A DNA stretch of 63,962 bases, the filler included, from Parasitella parasitica NRRL 2501 (Eukaryota > Fungi > Mucoromycota), in NCBI GenBank assembly GCA_025201805.1. It is 8 parts of 8 records of this genome, joined end to end, with 100 filler letters (N's around TTAATTAATTAA, not from the genome) between each part and the next. Parts side by side here need not be neighbours in the genome. Positions count along the whole stretch, not along the records: positions 1 to 25,577 come from MU619386.1; 7 more parts are not named here. One strand, written 5' to 3'. A model generated the notes under the pieces. The model did no database searches and had not been told where the DNA came from. It was given only the letters and a program-made list of their open reading frames with translations. Shown here one piece after another: positions 1 through 12,041 of the stretch; position 1 is the stretch's first letter, and every line of letters begins with the position of its first letter. Made by a program: the position numbers and the translations under genes.

Positions 1-87
1 ATCTGGTTTTATTCAGAAAGTCTTTATTACTTTATACAAATCTTATTTACATAACATTACGCTGCGCCCTTTGACACTGGCACAACA
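1..87 (+). mobile_element. 3' end of LTR family A (truncated by window start)
   Basis: Near-identical to 55141-55227 and 37652-37738. Ends ...GGCACAACA and interrupts the minus-strand ORF at QQSRY|CC. Confidence 0.85.
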
Positions 88-694
88 ATAACGACTCTGC
101 TGAATTTGCTCCACAACCTCGGGAGGGAATGCCATGTCTTTACTTTCATCTTCGCCGTCTCGAAGGTATTGCATGTTTTCAGGGAGTTGGATAGTCTTGA
201 TTGCCAAGTCCTTGGCCTCCTGATCCAGTTCTTTTCCTGTGGCGAATGAATAGATTGCCAAACGTTGGATCTTTTGTAAGACAACTTCCATGTCGTCTTG
301 GGAACCACCATCGTTGAGGATCTGTTGGAAATCCGAGAAGATCTCGGTGGTAGCTCTGGCTGTGGTACGTAGCCTGTCAGCTCCCTTGTAGAAGGCATTA
401 ATTGCCTGAGTGGCCTCCACTTGTTTGTTTCTTAAGTTCTTGTATGAAGATCCGGTTAATCGCGCCTGGTTGGGTCCATCTTCCTCCCTCATATTTAAAG
501 GTGTCCCGGCTAAAACGCTTGAGTTTCCCCTTGAGCTCAGAATTGGTAGAGTGTTCCAATTCCTGCAAGATTTTATCAGGTAAGTGGAATAGCTGTGACC
601 TGTCAAATTCATCGTTGTTTCCTTGTTGTGATTGTTCGTAGAGATTGAGCAATCCTTTAATTTGTTCTTCAGTAAGATCATTGATACTAGACAT
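88..694 (-). pseudogene. Frameshifted TE ORF, probably DIRS ORF1 (gag-like), cut by LTR-A
   Basis: ORFs 398..706 (MSSINDL...YEGGRWTQPGAINRIFIQELKK) and 43..681 (QVEATQAINAFYKGADRLRT...) join by a frameshift near 430. Intronless. Family assignment from recalled Mucorales DIRS ORF1-like proteins. Confidence 0.45.
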
Positions 695-2033
695 AGTTTT
701 TTCCACGGTGCGCGGCTTTGAAAGGTATAAAGAGGAGGAGATAATATTACAAAAAATTTATTGATTAATATATGGAAAATAAAGCGTGGCTTGAAGGCCT
801 ATAACCACATTCGAAGTCGGAGTGGAGGCAACCACCTCAATTGTGTTAGGAACGACACAAAATTCTCAATTTCGGTTGTTTGTATTAAGCATTGTAGAGA
901 CAAGAGAAACAACTCACATGTCAATTACAATAATACACCATTCGAATGCTACAATGTATTCAAACTTTGCTGTCATAATTAAAAGTCTAGAGAAGAACTT
1001 GAGACTTGAAATAACTGTTTTTCCCATTTTGTCCTCTTTTCAATAAGACTTTAAATTGAGACAACTTTTCATCCAAGCAACCAATTTTCAAAATATAAAA
1101 GGCATTATATTCAACAACATCAAGTTTAACTTATTGTATCACTTTAGTGCACCAGATTATAGTTTCCCCCTTAGTTTTGTCACTTCAAAATGTTTACTGT
1201 ATTGCATGCATTAACTGTTTACGCAAAAATACGGTCACTGTTAGGCGTATTAAAAAATTGGCAACCCCCCCCCTTTTTTTTTTTTTTGCTGCTTCACTAC
1301 TTCTACGACGCTATTATCATACTTCTACATATACTACTCTTATCTTTGGTTATCACTACGACACAAACGCATGCACTTTGTATTCATTATTGTTGGTAAC
1401 ATACGTTATACCTCTTTGATTGTGGGTAAAGTCGATTTTTTCCTTAAAAACAGTAAATATTACACACGTTTTCTAAAAGACCATAACTAACACTCTCATA
1501 CGCGTTTTTTTATAGAACCTACCACAAGAAAACAATATACAGGATGGCGTGTTTCTAATGCAGTAGTTCATTCAGGTATTATCATTTACTATGATTTTGT
1601 AAGAGCTTTTTTACTAATTGCAAAAGCTTTTGTTTTACATTTGTAGTTTCGATTCTCTTTTAATGTCAAGTGGATGGCCTATCACTGAAACTTGACGTTA
1701 GGTCTTTATCCGGGTCATACAGGAGCATGTAGGCTGTTTCTACTCATTGACTGTGCTTACCCTAGCAGTTCTTGAGATGGGCCATTTTATCCTAAGCTGT
1801 GAAGTGTGGTAAGGCATTTTCCGGCTATTTAGGGTGGGGTATTCATTGAAAATCTACCAATTTCTATTTTTGGTCAAATTTCAAGCCCCGCTAACAACAA
1901 AACAGGGGGAAACCCTGTTTTTTTGTTTTTAGGATTTTGGTGTTGACTTAGCCAAATTAATCGTGTTTTTATGAGAAAAACAAAAATAGTAAAGACATTA
2001 TTTACTTTGCAATGCATTCACTATGATGATCTG

Positions 2034-2345
2034 TGATGTGTCGATTTCCCAACCGGAAGCCAAACTCAAATAAACTCAATCCTGAACACAATTCAGGAAC
2101 ATATCCCAGTGGATCATGTTCCTTATTTATAACTCGACATGAAATGTTCATGGACAATAGATACAATCTATGATTCCATTCTCTAAATCACACCTTGTAT
2201 CAGACATATATCTTATCCTTCCATCAGTTTACTTAGATTCACTAGTAAATAAACCATCATTTTTCCATGTAGTAAACGAGATCTTGACCTGATTAATTCA
2301 CAACCGTTTTATTCGAACAATCTCTTATTCTGATAAATTATGTAT
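2034..2345 (-). repeat. Unclassified interspersed repeat (A/B family), module A
   Basis: Reverse complement of ~36770-37080 and 25351-25530 (e.g. TTTAGAGAATGG, ACTAGTGAATCTAAGT, AAACGGTTGTGAATTAATCAG). Confidence 0.75.
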
Positions 2346-2521
2346 AAAGCCTCTGTTTTTGAATACGAGAAACGAATCTTTACCTGATTAATATCTGTCA
2401 AACTTTTTTTAGGGTAAATCAATCACTTTTACTAAACGTGTTTTTTAGAGCATTTGCATTCCTTTTAGAAACATTTTATTAATCATCTAGTAAAGTGGCA
2501 ACAGCAGAGATACTTTTTTAA

Positions 2522-2668
2522 GAGTAACTGAAGGCAGCGAGCTGCTCTTATTGAACCCATTCAAAATTTCATTCGGCACTCAATCGATGTGTCCCCTAAA
2601 TGCTACAATATAGACTTTACAATCATTTCAATATTTGGTCTTATCTTTCGGGGCAATTCAACCTTGCA
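2522..2668. repeat. Degenerate dispersed repeat shared with 14649-14851
   Basis: Shared blocks GAGTAAYTGAAGGCA, GCACTCAATCGATGTGT, AATATTTGGTC, GGGCAATTYAACCTTGCA. Confidence 0.65.
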
Positions 2669-2842
2669 CAAAATTCCAAAATTACTCAAAACAGTGGGTG
2701 GTATTTTTAAACATCCTGTGAATTGAGAGTCGAAGCACAGTAGTTCGATGCTAACGAAATGCAGGATTTTAATTTAGTGGTTATCCTGTGTTGACTTAGT
2801 GGATAATTGCGTGATGTTACAAATAAATATTGATCTTAATAT

Positions 2843-3942
2843 TTAGCAGATTTCTTCTTTGAAGGTAGGACGATTAGAAAAGTAGTTGGTGCTGTACCTT
2901 ATCCAACCATCGCAATCTTCTTTGGTGTTTTCTCTACTGGAATCTTTAATATACTGCGAAAATTCATTTTTGCCCAAGCCTGGCTTTCTCTTTGTCAAAA
3001 TTTTGAGCTTTGAAAAGCTTTCTTCGATTGGAATCAAAAAAGGCGAATAAGGAGGCTAGAAGTGTAGTTTATACCCTGTAGTCTGGATGTAATAATTTTT
3101 GACTTCACAGGAAATATGGATTCCAGCATTGTCCATTATGAAATAACGCGGTGCAGCATTACTATCATCGAGTCTTTTGATCAAAGGTTCCCAGAAAATT
3201 GATAAAAATTGCTGAAGTCGTACCTCCTTTACATTTTTAGCGGAAACATCTTCAACACTTTTGTTCATGATTGCTATGATAATAGTAACGCTCGGCGCGC
3301 ACTTCGTCTTGGTATATTTATCGTAGCGTTTTTACCTTTGCGAGACCATCCTTGTCGACAGATCAGATTTACGTTAAAACTTGATTCATCTATAAAGAAG
3401 CAATTAGTTTTGTAGGATATTCCTAGGCCTTCCAAAGATTCGACGAAAGTCTTTCTTGAGACGATAGTAGCCGGATCGTTTCGTCTTTTTCAAGGGACTT
3501 TGATCTTTTCAACGTAGATCCGATGTGTTTTCTGATTTTTCGAGGAAAATGCCAGAAAAAGAGATGCCTTTCTCACGGCTATCATTAAACTCCTCATATA
3601 ACTCGTCCTGCATCGTCCCAAGAGTCAGAGCACAGTTTTTATCGAAAAGTTCAATTGGATATCCTAAATGAATCTCGCTAAGCTTGCTGGCTTCAGTCTT
3701 TCTACCCCCTCTTGGCTTCGGCATAACTTCATGCGTTTTCATCCAGTGATCTCTGATCCTATCAACTGTTGATCTTGGTAAGCCAAATAGCCTAGCAGCT
3801 GCAGAGACACTCATGTCTTCTTCTCTGATTGTGAAACCCATTATTCTCTCACAAGTCTCTAAAGATATTTTGTTCTTTTTATTAATTCTTTTCTAGTAGT
3901 CTTGTTATTGGTGGCAATATAGTTTTTTTTATTCGATTTCAT
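2843..3942 (-). pseudogene. Tc1/IS630-like DDE transposase pseudogene
   Basis: HTH (MSVSAAARLFGLPRSTVDRI...PRGGRK), first Asp in IDESSFNV, then YFIMDNAGIH...F*PPYSPFLIPIEE with 35 residues between D and E. Premature TAG at 3056 and frameshifts. Confidence 0.85.
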
Positions 3943-4213
3943 GTTTAGATTTGTTACAAATGTCTTAAAACGTAGGTAAACTGATATGATTTGAATTGTA
4001 TTTTTTAAAAGCATTTATATAATATCATCACTAAAGCAAAGATTTACTTATCGTATAGCAGTGTCTGCAGTTTTGTTAGAACTAATATATGACATTTTTC
4101 AAGTTGAAAAAGTAAAATGTACTGAAACTAGATGCCGTTTTTCTCTGTAAATCGCTTATTTGGGGCGATTCATAATTGTTGAATCGCCTTTTTAACAAGG
4201 GGTTAATATAAAA

Positions 4214-5110
4214 ATGCTAGAAAATCATGACACTTTACATCAATCCTTTTTGTCTATCATAATGTTTGAATCAAGACCTCTTCTTTCAACTGTGCAAACC
4301 AGACAAGTTTACCTAGCTTGTCCGGAAACTCTAGATCCTTTATATCACAAGCCAGTCGAATCCGACACTATTCATCGCTGTCCATCATTTTCTCAGTCCA
4401 TTCGCTCTTTAGGCCCTGATGATACGGAATACATTCCACCAGGGCATCGCATGTCTCACGACAGTGTTACTGAGACGCTGCATTATGACAAAATCAGATC
4501 AAAGCGCCAACCTACTGATAGTGTTGCCTATGTCCAGCATCTAGAAAAGATTTTCGACCTTTTTTCATTTTCTCTGTACCTTGAAAATACTGTTGCCGTT
4601 GCTCGAGATCACATGGGTATGTTTTATACGAAAAAAGTTTTCTTTTCATCTTTGACTCAAACACAATGTTGTGTTTCTTATTGCTTTTTTCATATAGCCA
4701 ATGAACGTACCCACTTGGCCTGGGTTAGAACAAGTTTAGCAATCATATCTGTCGGCGTTGGTAAGTGAGGTGAAATAAAGAGTACCTGAAGTGGATAATA
4801 TACTGATAGAGATATCTACTGTTTATGTTGCTTGTATATAGCAATCACACAGTTGTTTCGCTTGGACAAGGACACGTTAAAAGATCCTGCAACGGCAGAT
4901 GAGTTAATATCTATTGGCAGGCCTATGGGAATTGCTTTTATCGTTATAGGCATGTTTTATATGGTGTTTGCATTTATCCGCTATTTCCATTCTCAGGTTG
5001 CTATGACCAAAGGATATTTCCCTGCAAGTCGTGGAATTGTCATTTTTACATCTACTGCTACTCTTACTGCACTCATATCTGTCTTCATCGTGATTCTCCA
5101 AAAGCATTAG
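4214..5110 (+). CDS. DUF202 (YidH-like) membrane protein
   Basis: Exons 4214-4616, 4698-4760, 4842-5110 splice in frame. Motif ARDHMANERTHLAWVRTSLA...AITQLFRL plus three hydrophobic helices. Start could be 4262. Confidence 0.85.
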
Positions 5111-5904
5111 AAAACCAACCATCATGAAACTATTATCGATTTTACCGCATCATTTATACAATAAAAGAGATTTATATTTCAAACCAGAGTAATCTTTGCA
5201 ATGAAAACTTATTCCGTGACAGGAGTATTGGCACCATTGCCAGAAAAATGGTAATGATTACTTACTTATTAAGCTTTACTGCCCTATATAAAGAGGATAT
5301 CAACGGTTCACCAAGTAATCGCCAGCTCCTCAAAATCACCAATGAGCTTGTTTTTTAGCAGTTTTAGCAAGCTAATTTATTGTCTTCTGACAATCATACC
5401 AGATGTTTTACAAAAAGTTGTTAAAAAAAAAGGATCGAACGATCTTCAACATTTTACATGGTGATGTACAGTTTGTGCAAGAGAGCACTTTTACACTTGA
5501 ACAAACAACAACTCACTTGTCCAAAGTTTAATTTTACTTGGGCATCATCAACTATACCTTAATTTCGACAGCTGCTGTAAAATGAGGGACTGGCACGTAG
5601 TTTAAGTGTGGAAACTCCCGGTATCTTGTTCGACTACAGGAAAATAGACATGTAATTCATATCAAGGCATTTCCAAGTTTACCGATCTGGATTGCATTGT
5701 GCCAACTTAAAAACATACACGATTAAGAATGCTGGTAGCTATTATCGTCGCTGAGAAATGTCGCTACTCGTTTTTATTCAAAATTCGATCATTGCTTGAG
5801 GTATTCTACAATGAATGTATGCAATGTTTGATGTGACACAAAAAAAAGACAAAAAGTGCATGCTTTCAAAGGCAAATCGTAGCTCTAATGGGCGTTTATC
5901 TCAA

Positions 5905-6816
5905 TCAAACCATGCCATCGTATAAGTTTAGAGCTTGCAAAATTGTCGGGTCCTTCTTTGATCCCTCTCTGAACTCTTCCATTGATAATCTTCCATCCTT
6001 GTCCTAGTATTGTATCAAACGGTGCATAAGTCTGATGATTCTGAATTGTACCCAATTGTCCCACACACACGACTTACGTTATCCATTAAATCAAAAATTT
6101 TGTTTACACGTTTCTCTGGCGTATCTTCGTCTGGTGGTAGTTTTACCATACTCCCTACCATTTTATAGATTGCATCAACTATATGTAGCATTTCCTCACG
6201 GGTAATATAACCGTCATTATCGATATCATACAACTATATTTTTGAGAAAAAGAACCGATATTCAGTCTTTGCAATGTTTCGAAATAGATACAGCCCCCAT
6301 CAACCTACTTGAAATGCCCCTAATAGTAATAATACATAATATAAAAAAGGTTATTTATATTTATATTATTAAAATAAGGAGAGAGTGGAAACTCACAATA
6401 TAACTTTTCATCTACTCGACCTCTGCTTGTTACTGATAATGCCACAATAAACTCTTTGAAATTAATCATTCCATTTTTGTCGCCATCAAACACGTTAAAG
6501 ACATAATCTGCAAATCGAGATGGATCACCAAATGGGAAGAATTGTTTGTATATTTTTTGGAATTCAGTCTTGTCTAATTGACCAGAAGGACAATCTTTCA
6601 AGAATCCTTTATACCTATAGTAACAACATTGTCGTTTCAAATGACATTCTTTACACCTCTTTCTCTCGATAATTACCATTGCTGCAGTTCCTTCTTTTCG
6701 ACTACACAGAAGAGGATTTAACTTGAGGTTGTAAGATGCAATCAATACTTACAGTATGTACACTTCTGGAGATCAGTAAGCTGTTCGGGGCTAAGTTTGC
6801 TTTGTGCTTTACCCAT
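5905..6816 (-). CDS. frq1: Frequenin/neuronal calcium sensor-1 (EF-hand, N-myristoylation MG start)
   Basis: [38 protein letters not shown] loops [12 protein letters not shown] and [13 protein letters not shown]-terminus [10 protein letters not shown]. Multi-exon. Confidence 0.95.
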
Positions 6817-7023
6817 TTTTTATCTTGATTTTTTTATTGTTGCAGAANNNNNNNNNNAAAAAAAAAAAAAAAAAAAAAGAGAGAGAATTTAAGAAAAGCT
6901 GGAAATTTTATAAATCTCGGAAAATCTGTTTTTTTGGGTTGCAAATACGTCACTAAAAGAAACAGAGCAATAAAGGTCAATTTATTGTGAATATTAAAAA
7001 GAAAGAAAAAATAATAAGGGGAT

Positions 7024-8016
7024 TTACAAGATTAAACATTTGCTCTTCTTTTCCTTCTTGGGTTTTCCTTTTGGGCCCGCACGCAATCCATCTCTTTGTG
7101 CTCGAATGGCTTTAACTACCTGATAAAAGGATCGCTCAACATTGACGCATGTTTTTGCTGATGTTTCAATAAAATCACAAGCTAATCGCTTTGCTGTAGC
7201 ATATCCCTCTTCTCGTGTAACTTCTCTTTCTGTCACTTTGTCGCATTTGTTTCCCACTAACATTAACGGTACGTTATCAACATCTTTCACTCGGAAAATT
7301 TGGTCACGGAATCGTTCAATTCGATCATAAGTAGAGCGAGATGTGATGGAATAGACGAGCAGGAAACCCTCACCATCTCTACATAATTTTCAGGCACAAA
7401 AAAAAATGGTGTCAGTTGCCATAGTAATAGCACTGAAGAATGTTTAATTACCTGATCCATTGATCCCGCAATGCAGTGTATTCCTCTGTTTTGATTATTT
7501 TTGTTAATTCGATGAAATTTGACACTGCTTTTATCTTTACCTTGTCCTGCTGTATCCAACACTTCCAAAATGCAGGGTTGATCATCAATTACCACCTGCT
7601 TGCGGTAAGAATCTTCAATGGTGGGATCATATGTCTAAATTTTATGAATCAGAAGAATAAAGTTAGGGGGGATACTCTCTCATCATGATGTGCATTCCTT
7701 TAATGGATCCAATCAACTAAAAAAAAAAGTTACCTCTAAAAAATGATGCAAATGTTAACAATCTACAGCACATGAAATGAAAAGAAAAAAAAATAGTGAG
7801 CTCTTACCAACAAAATGATTCAAGCAAAGCTACAGTGCGATTATTATGAAACAAGTTAGTCAAACAAAAGGCAAAAGTCGATGATTTGCAATACCTGAAT
7901 TGTCAGCGCAGTCTACATTTAGCAAATATGTTAGAAGGAATAAGCTTGACATGCTATTTTAAGGTTACCTTTCCAACACCACCATCACCAAGAACCACAA
8001 GCTTATAGAGCATCAT
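7024..8016 (-). CDS. ras2: Ras GTPase (fungal Ras2 type), 190 aa, 7 exons including a 2-nt exon
   Basis: Exons 8016-7969, 7912-7895, 7829-7808, 7735-7734, 7634-7541, 7485-7452, 7378-7024 total 573 nt. [33 protein letters not shown], polybasic tail and CaaX CLIL. Confidence 0.93.
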
Positions 8017-8696
8017 TTTTTTTATAAACAAATCTATGTAACAAGAAATTAGTCTCTTTTCTGTTTTTTGATTCTCCATATTTGCGAAACATGAAAAGAA
8101 TCTAGAATGTTTGCATATTATACAGATTCAATTGACAACAAATTCACAACTTACCGGATATCAATTAAAAGTTAGATATTTGGTATATTCTTTGTCTTTT
8201 AGGCTAAAGCAAAAAAATAAGAAGAAAATGAAAATAATGAAAAGGCAAAAAGAGGAATGAAGAAAGAAAGAAAAGCTTGATGGAGAAGGGAAAGCAAGCC
8301 ATTTGATGAAAATGACATCCACCACAATCAACAGCCGCTATATCAAGGGCCGCCATTTTTAGTTCTTTTCCCTGCATAAAAACCACTTGCAGTGATACCA
8401 TATACATCATCACCACCATCTTTCCACCCGATTAGACCATGTCTGGGCGCTTGCTTTTTATTCAATAATGCAACACACAAATAGCTTGTTTTTTAAGCCA
8501 TCTGCAACTGATCGTTTGTTTGAGCTGTACCCTTTTGATATATTTAACATTTCTGGTCAGTTTGAGATTTTTCAGAGAACATATCAAGACATGAAGTAGT
8601 TTTTTTTGTAAGACTTTATAACCTGCGCAGGATTTACTCTTCAATTGCACAATTGGAAAAATAGTTTAGACAAATCAAAAGAGAAATGAGGCATTT

Positions 8697-8766
8697 TAGT
8701 AAGGCCAATTATATAAATGATCATGATGAATTACCTGTAATAATCTAATCCCCTTACGGGGTAGCC
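8697..8766 (-). ncRNA. Candidate Fanzor omegaRNA scaffold (locus Fz-A)
   Basis: Starts 4 nt after the Fanzor remnant stop. Closing stem GGCUA/UGGCC, hairpin CCCC-GUAA-GGGG, stem GAUUAU/AUGAUC with GUAA in its loop, and 3' tail UUAC-UA able to form a pseudoknot. Confidence 0.5.
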
Positions 8767-8770
8767 GTGT

Positions 8771-9400
8771 TTAATACGGTAATGTTGGCGGTGTTGTGTT
8801 GAGGCAAATTGATTCTGCAATCTTCATCCTGTACCTGGCTGCATCAACATCCCTCTGCCAACTTTTGTGGCATCCATCTTCTTTAAAGTTTAATAAAATT
8901 CACCAAATATTTACCGAAAGCGCTAGCACCGAATAAGACCAGATGAACTTTGGTCTGGTCATAGTTAAACTTGGCAGATTTCCACTAGTCAACCCTAATA
9001 AATATGAGTAAATACATTGTATGAAAATACGAACAGATAACTTCCTTACTTTTCAATAAATGGATTTACCACCTCATATCTTCTATTTTTTTTTATTTTT
9101 GGCCACCTTCTCTTACCACTTTTGTTGCGATTATACCATGTATAAGCATATTAGCTATTTCTTGAGTAGCTCTTTGTAAGCCTCGATAAAGAAAAAGAAA
9201 AAAAAATGTCTTTGACATCACTTGAAGAATAGAAATTTACCGTTACAGTATATTGAACATAAGTTTGATACACATCAAATTTGGAAGTTTTTGGCGAAGA
9301 AATATTATTCTCAACGATATTGGTTCTTGCCATTTAATCTCTTTAAGAAATTTGTAGAACCACTCAAGTGGTAGTAGTCTACCTATAGAGTTATCGTTTT
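8771..9400 (-). pseudogene. Fanzor1 pseudogene (Fz-A), frameshifted and internally deleted
   Basis: Manual minus-strand translation gives, in order: DYYHLSGST (9379-9353), NISSPKTSKFDVYQTYVQY, a GT-AG intron at ~9049-8995, WKSAKFNYDQTKVHLVLFGASAFGK, then KEDGCHKSWQRDVDAARYRMKIAESI (RuvC-III Asp at 8849-8851). Confidence 0.7.
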
Positions 9401-9833
9401 TGAATGTACAAAATCTTCTGGTCTTCTTTTCCTAACCTTCTTTAAAAAAATTCCAAACATCTAATTTTAAAGTAGTACTATTGAAAGTAAACTCCAGTCC
9501 ATGAGGCCTAATACTCTATGTTCATGCGAATTTCATTTATAGCTTGGAATAGACTCGTAATGACTGCATATAGTATAGACATCGAAGACAGATCTTCCTG
9601 GAAAATCCTACTATCGTATGCCAATCGTGTGCACCTTAGTAAAAGCGTTATTGTTGTATTTTCAAATATTGTTTACACCAGCACATGTTGATCTGAAATC
9701 TCATCTTGCTCAAGAGCTTTGTGCAACGTTAATCACATCACGTTACTTACGGAAACTGTGGCTTTATATTATTCAAAACCAGGAAATGGTTTGGAAATCA
9801 AATCTGTTTGCTTAAGCATCATTCCACCAGTAA

Positions 9834-11977
9834 ATGAGCTCTTTATTAGCTATATTACTTGTTGTGAATTCAACGAGAGGTCATCATTTTCTCTTTAGTT
9901 ATCCACCAGATCCTCAAAGGCCGTCATCAAGCAGACATGCCAGCAATTGTGCCAACGACTTTGCTGTAGGGTCTTCCATGGCTACAAGAATATCGCAAAA
10001 CGATATAGAAGAAAGCAGACGCTCATCAAACGCCTCAAAAAGTAACAGCAGCAACAATGAAAGCAACGGTAGCAGCAGTGTTGCGGGAAATAATAACAAC
10101 AAGGCAAACAAAGACATATTTGCTGGTCGCGATACCATATTCAATATTGACGTATCCTTTCTAGCGGATGCGCTTGCACCTAAATCACCATTATGCGACA
10201 GAAAATTCCAATTGAGCATGGACGATTTGACGTTTGTTGGACATCCCGTCAGTCTTAGTTCGCCTCAGCACCAACATCAGCACCAGCACCAGCATCAGCA
10301 TCAGCATCAGCATCAGCATCAGCAAGCAGACACAGAGGATCACGATACTGAATACATGGCATCTTCACGCTCGCCTAAACCGCCTTCTCAATTAAACTCT
10401 CCAAATACGCAACCTACATCCTCTGCATCTTCTCAGCAGCCTCTATCATCACCTTCTTCATATGCTAATCCGAATAGACACCAGGCTAACGATGACACCA
10501 ACGAAGAAACGCCCGATGACAACGACGGCGATGATGAAAATGACAATGAATCAGGGTCGGATGAGTTCCCAAGCTCCACATCAATCCATATGACACTTTT
10601 CCATGTAGTATTTGTCATGACTCCACCTGATTTAGAATTGAACACTCAAGTAGAGACCATTTATAAAAACGTCATTTTGAGGTATTCCTCCGCATTGCGC
10701 TACGAACAACTTCGATGTGGATATGTTCAAGAAGAGATAGAAAAAGTGCTCGGGCTAAAAGAGGAGGCATTCAATAAAGGTAATAGACAGCTGTTTTTGA
10801 GCCACATTGTAATCTAATCTCTGTAAGCTAGGTATTCCTTACGACCAGGTTATGCGAGAAATCTTGAGAGAGTCATCATTGGCACGAGATATTCGACAAA
10901 TCTACACAGCTATATCGGCAAATACAGCAGCACATGTTATTATAAATGACTTTATTGATCTCTCGCTTCAAATCCCCGTAATTGGCACAAACAACTCTTG
11001 CGAATCATCAATGACAGTAGACAGGGAAAGCCTCATGTCGCCAACGCAAAGGGCTAGAGATACTTTTACTGGATCATCCCTGATGGATATATATAGTGTA
11101 GCAGGCTATGAATACGACAACTATCCAGTGCTATGCCCCTATCACACCTTACTTTTACTGGAAGATCCTGAGGAAGTGCTGAAAAACATGCCTCTGGATG
11201 CCAGCCCTACACTGGTGCAGCTAGTGCAGATTTTGACGCCTACACAGAGCTTGCAAGAACTACATTTGCTGCTGGATTGCTCGCTGGCGCAAATATACCG
11301 ACTGGCAGCACATTTGATCTACTGGAGAAAAGCAAAGCTGATATACACTATTAGCACACGAAATATATATGTGGTTTCTCCAACAGCGAAATTGGATGAG
11401 TGAGTAGTTTCTTGTTGTATGCAGTGATATTATTAACCGTTGATGTAGCATTGTAAGCCTAGAAGTAGATTTTAAGCTGCATATACCAAATCTTAGCTTA
11501 CCAGTGTTGCTATCCAAGTTATCGCATGCTCAGCAATATCATCTAGTATATCGTGTCAAGGAACTGAAAACCCAGTATTTAGAAGCTATCACATATCTGA
11601 TCCGCAAAGACCTGGTGGTGCAACTGCACATGTACTTGGTGCTGCTAGTACCTCCCAACAAAAAGCCTGGCAATGAAACACCACAATCGCAGTACGATGG
11701 CAGCTCACAATTGGGCGATGGCTCTCAGCAAGACGCAATCTCATCAAGTCCTAACAACACTAACGTCAGCAACGATCCTGAATGGAATAGGCTTAAGAGA
11801 CTGACGTATGAGCGAGCGCCAAAGGAGGTTGCAGAGCTTTTTGAAAGGCTGAAGCCATATATGAGCGGCCAGCACCATATCGAAGAAATCACCTACCGTG
11901 AAGGCATTTCGAGAAGACAGCTTGGTCTAGTTCTAAAGTATTATCGAGATAAAATTGTCACTGTATATCATTATTGA
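9834..11977 (+). CDS. NPR3: Npr3/NPRL3, GATOR1 (SEACIT) subunit
   Basis: Exons 9834-10779, 10832-11399, 11449-11977 in frame. LCDRKFQLSMDDLTFVGHP, ALRYEQLRCGYV, PYHTLLLL, LAAHLIYWRKAK, C-terminal GQHHIEEITYREGISR. Confidence 0.92.
10266..10326 (+). repeat. Coding hexamer microsatellite (CAGCAY)n encoding (QH)9QQ
   Basis: cagcaccaacatcagcaccagcaccagcatcagcat... inside NPR3 exon 1. Confidence 0.95.
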
Positions 11978-12041
11978 GCACTAAACAACAACCAAGGAAA
12001 TGTTGCTACTTGAGTATATGTATTTGTTTTAATAAATTTTA

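Noticed and set aside
1893-1930. Terminator-like hairpin AAAACAGGG-ggaaa-CCCTGTTTT followed by a T run
   Set aside because: Eukaryotic TE-debris context with no bacterial-type gene upstream; probably chance or part of a TE end.
4214-5110. Calling the DUF202 gene VTC1 and linking it to the Nudix gene as a polyphosphate cluster
   Set aside because: The long N-terminus and ARDHMANERTHLAW motif fit generic fungal DUF202 proteins, and the two genes are 28 kb apart across a contig join.
8785-8862. Long hairpin (GTTGGCGG/CTGCCAAC, TGTTGAGGCA/TGCATCAACA) suggesting a stand-alone ncRNA
   Set aside because: Lies within the Fz-A RuvC-III coding remnant. It could be a 5' extension of the omegaRNA, but there is no independent support.
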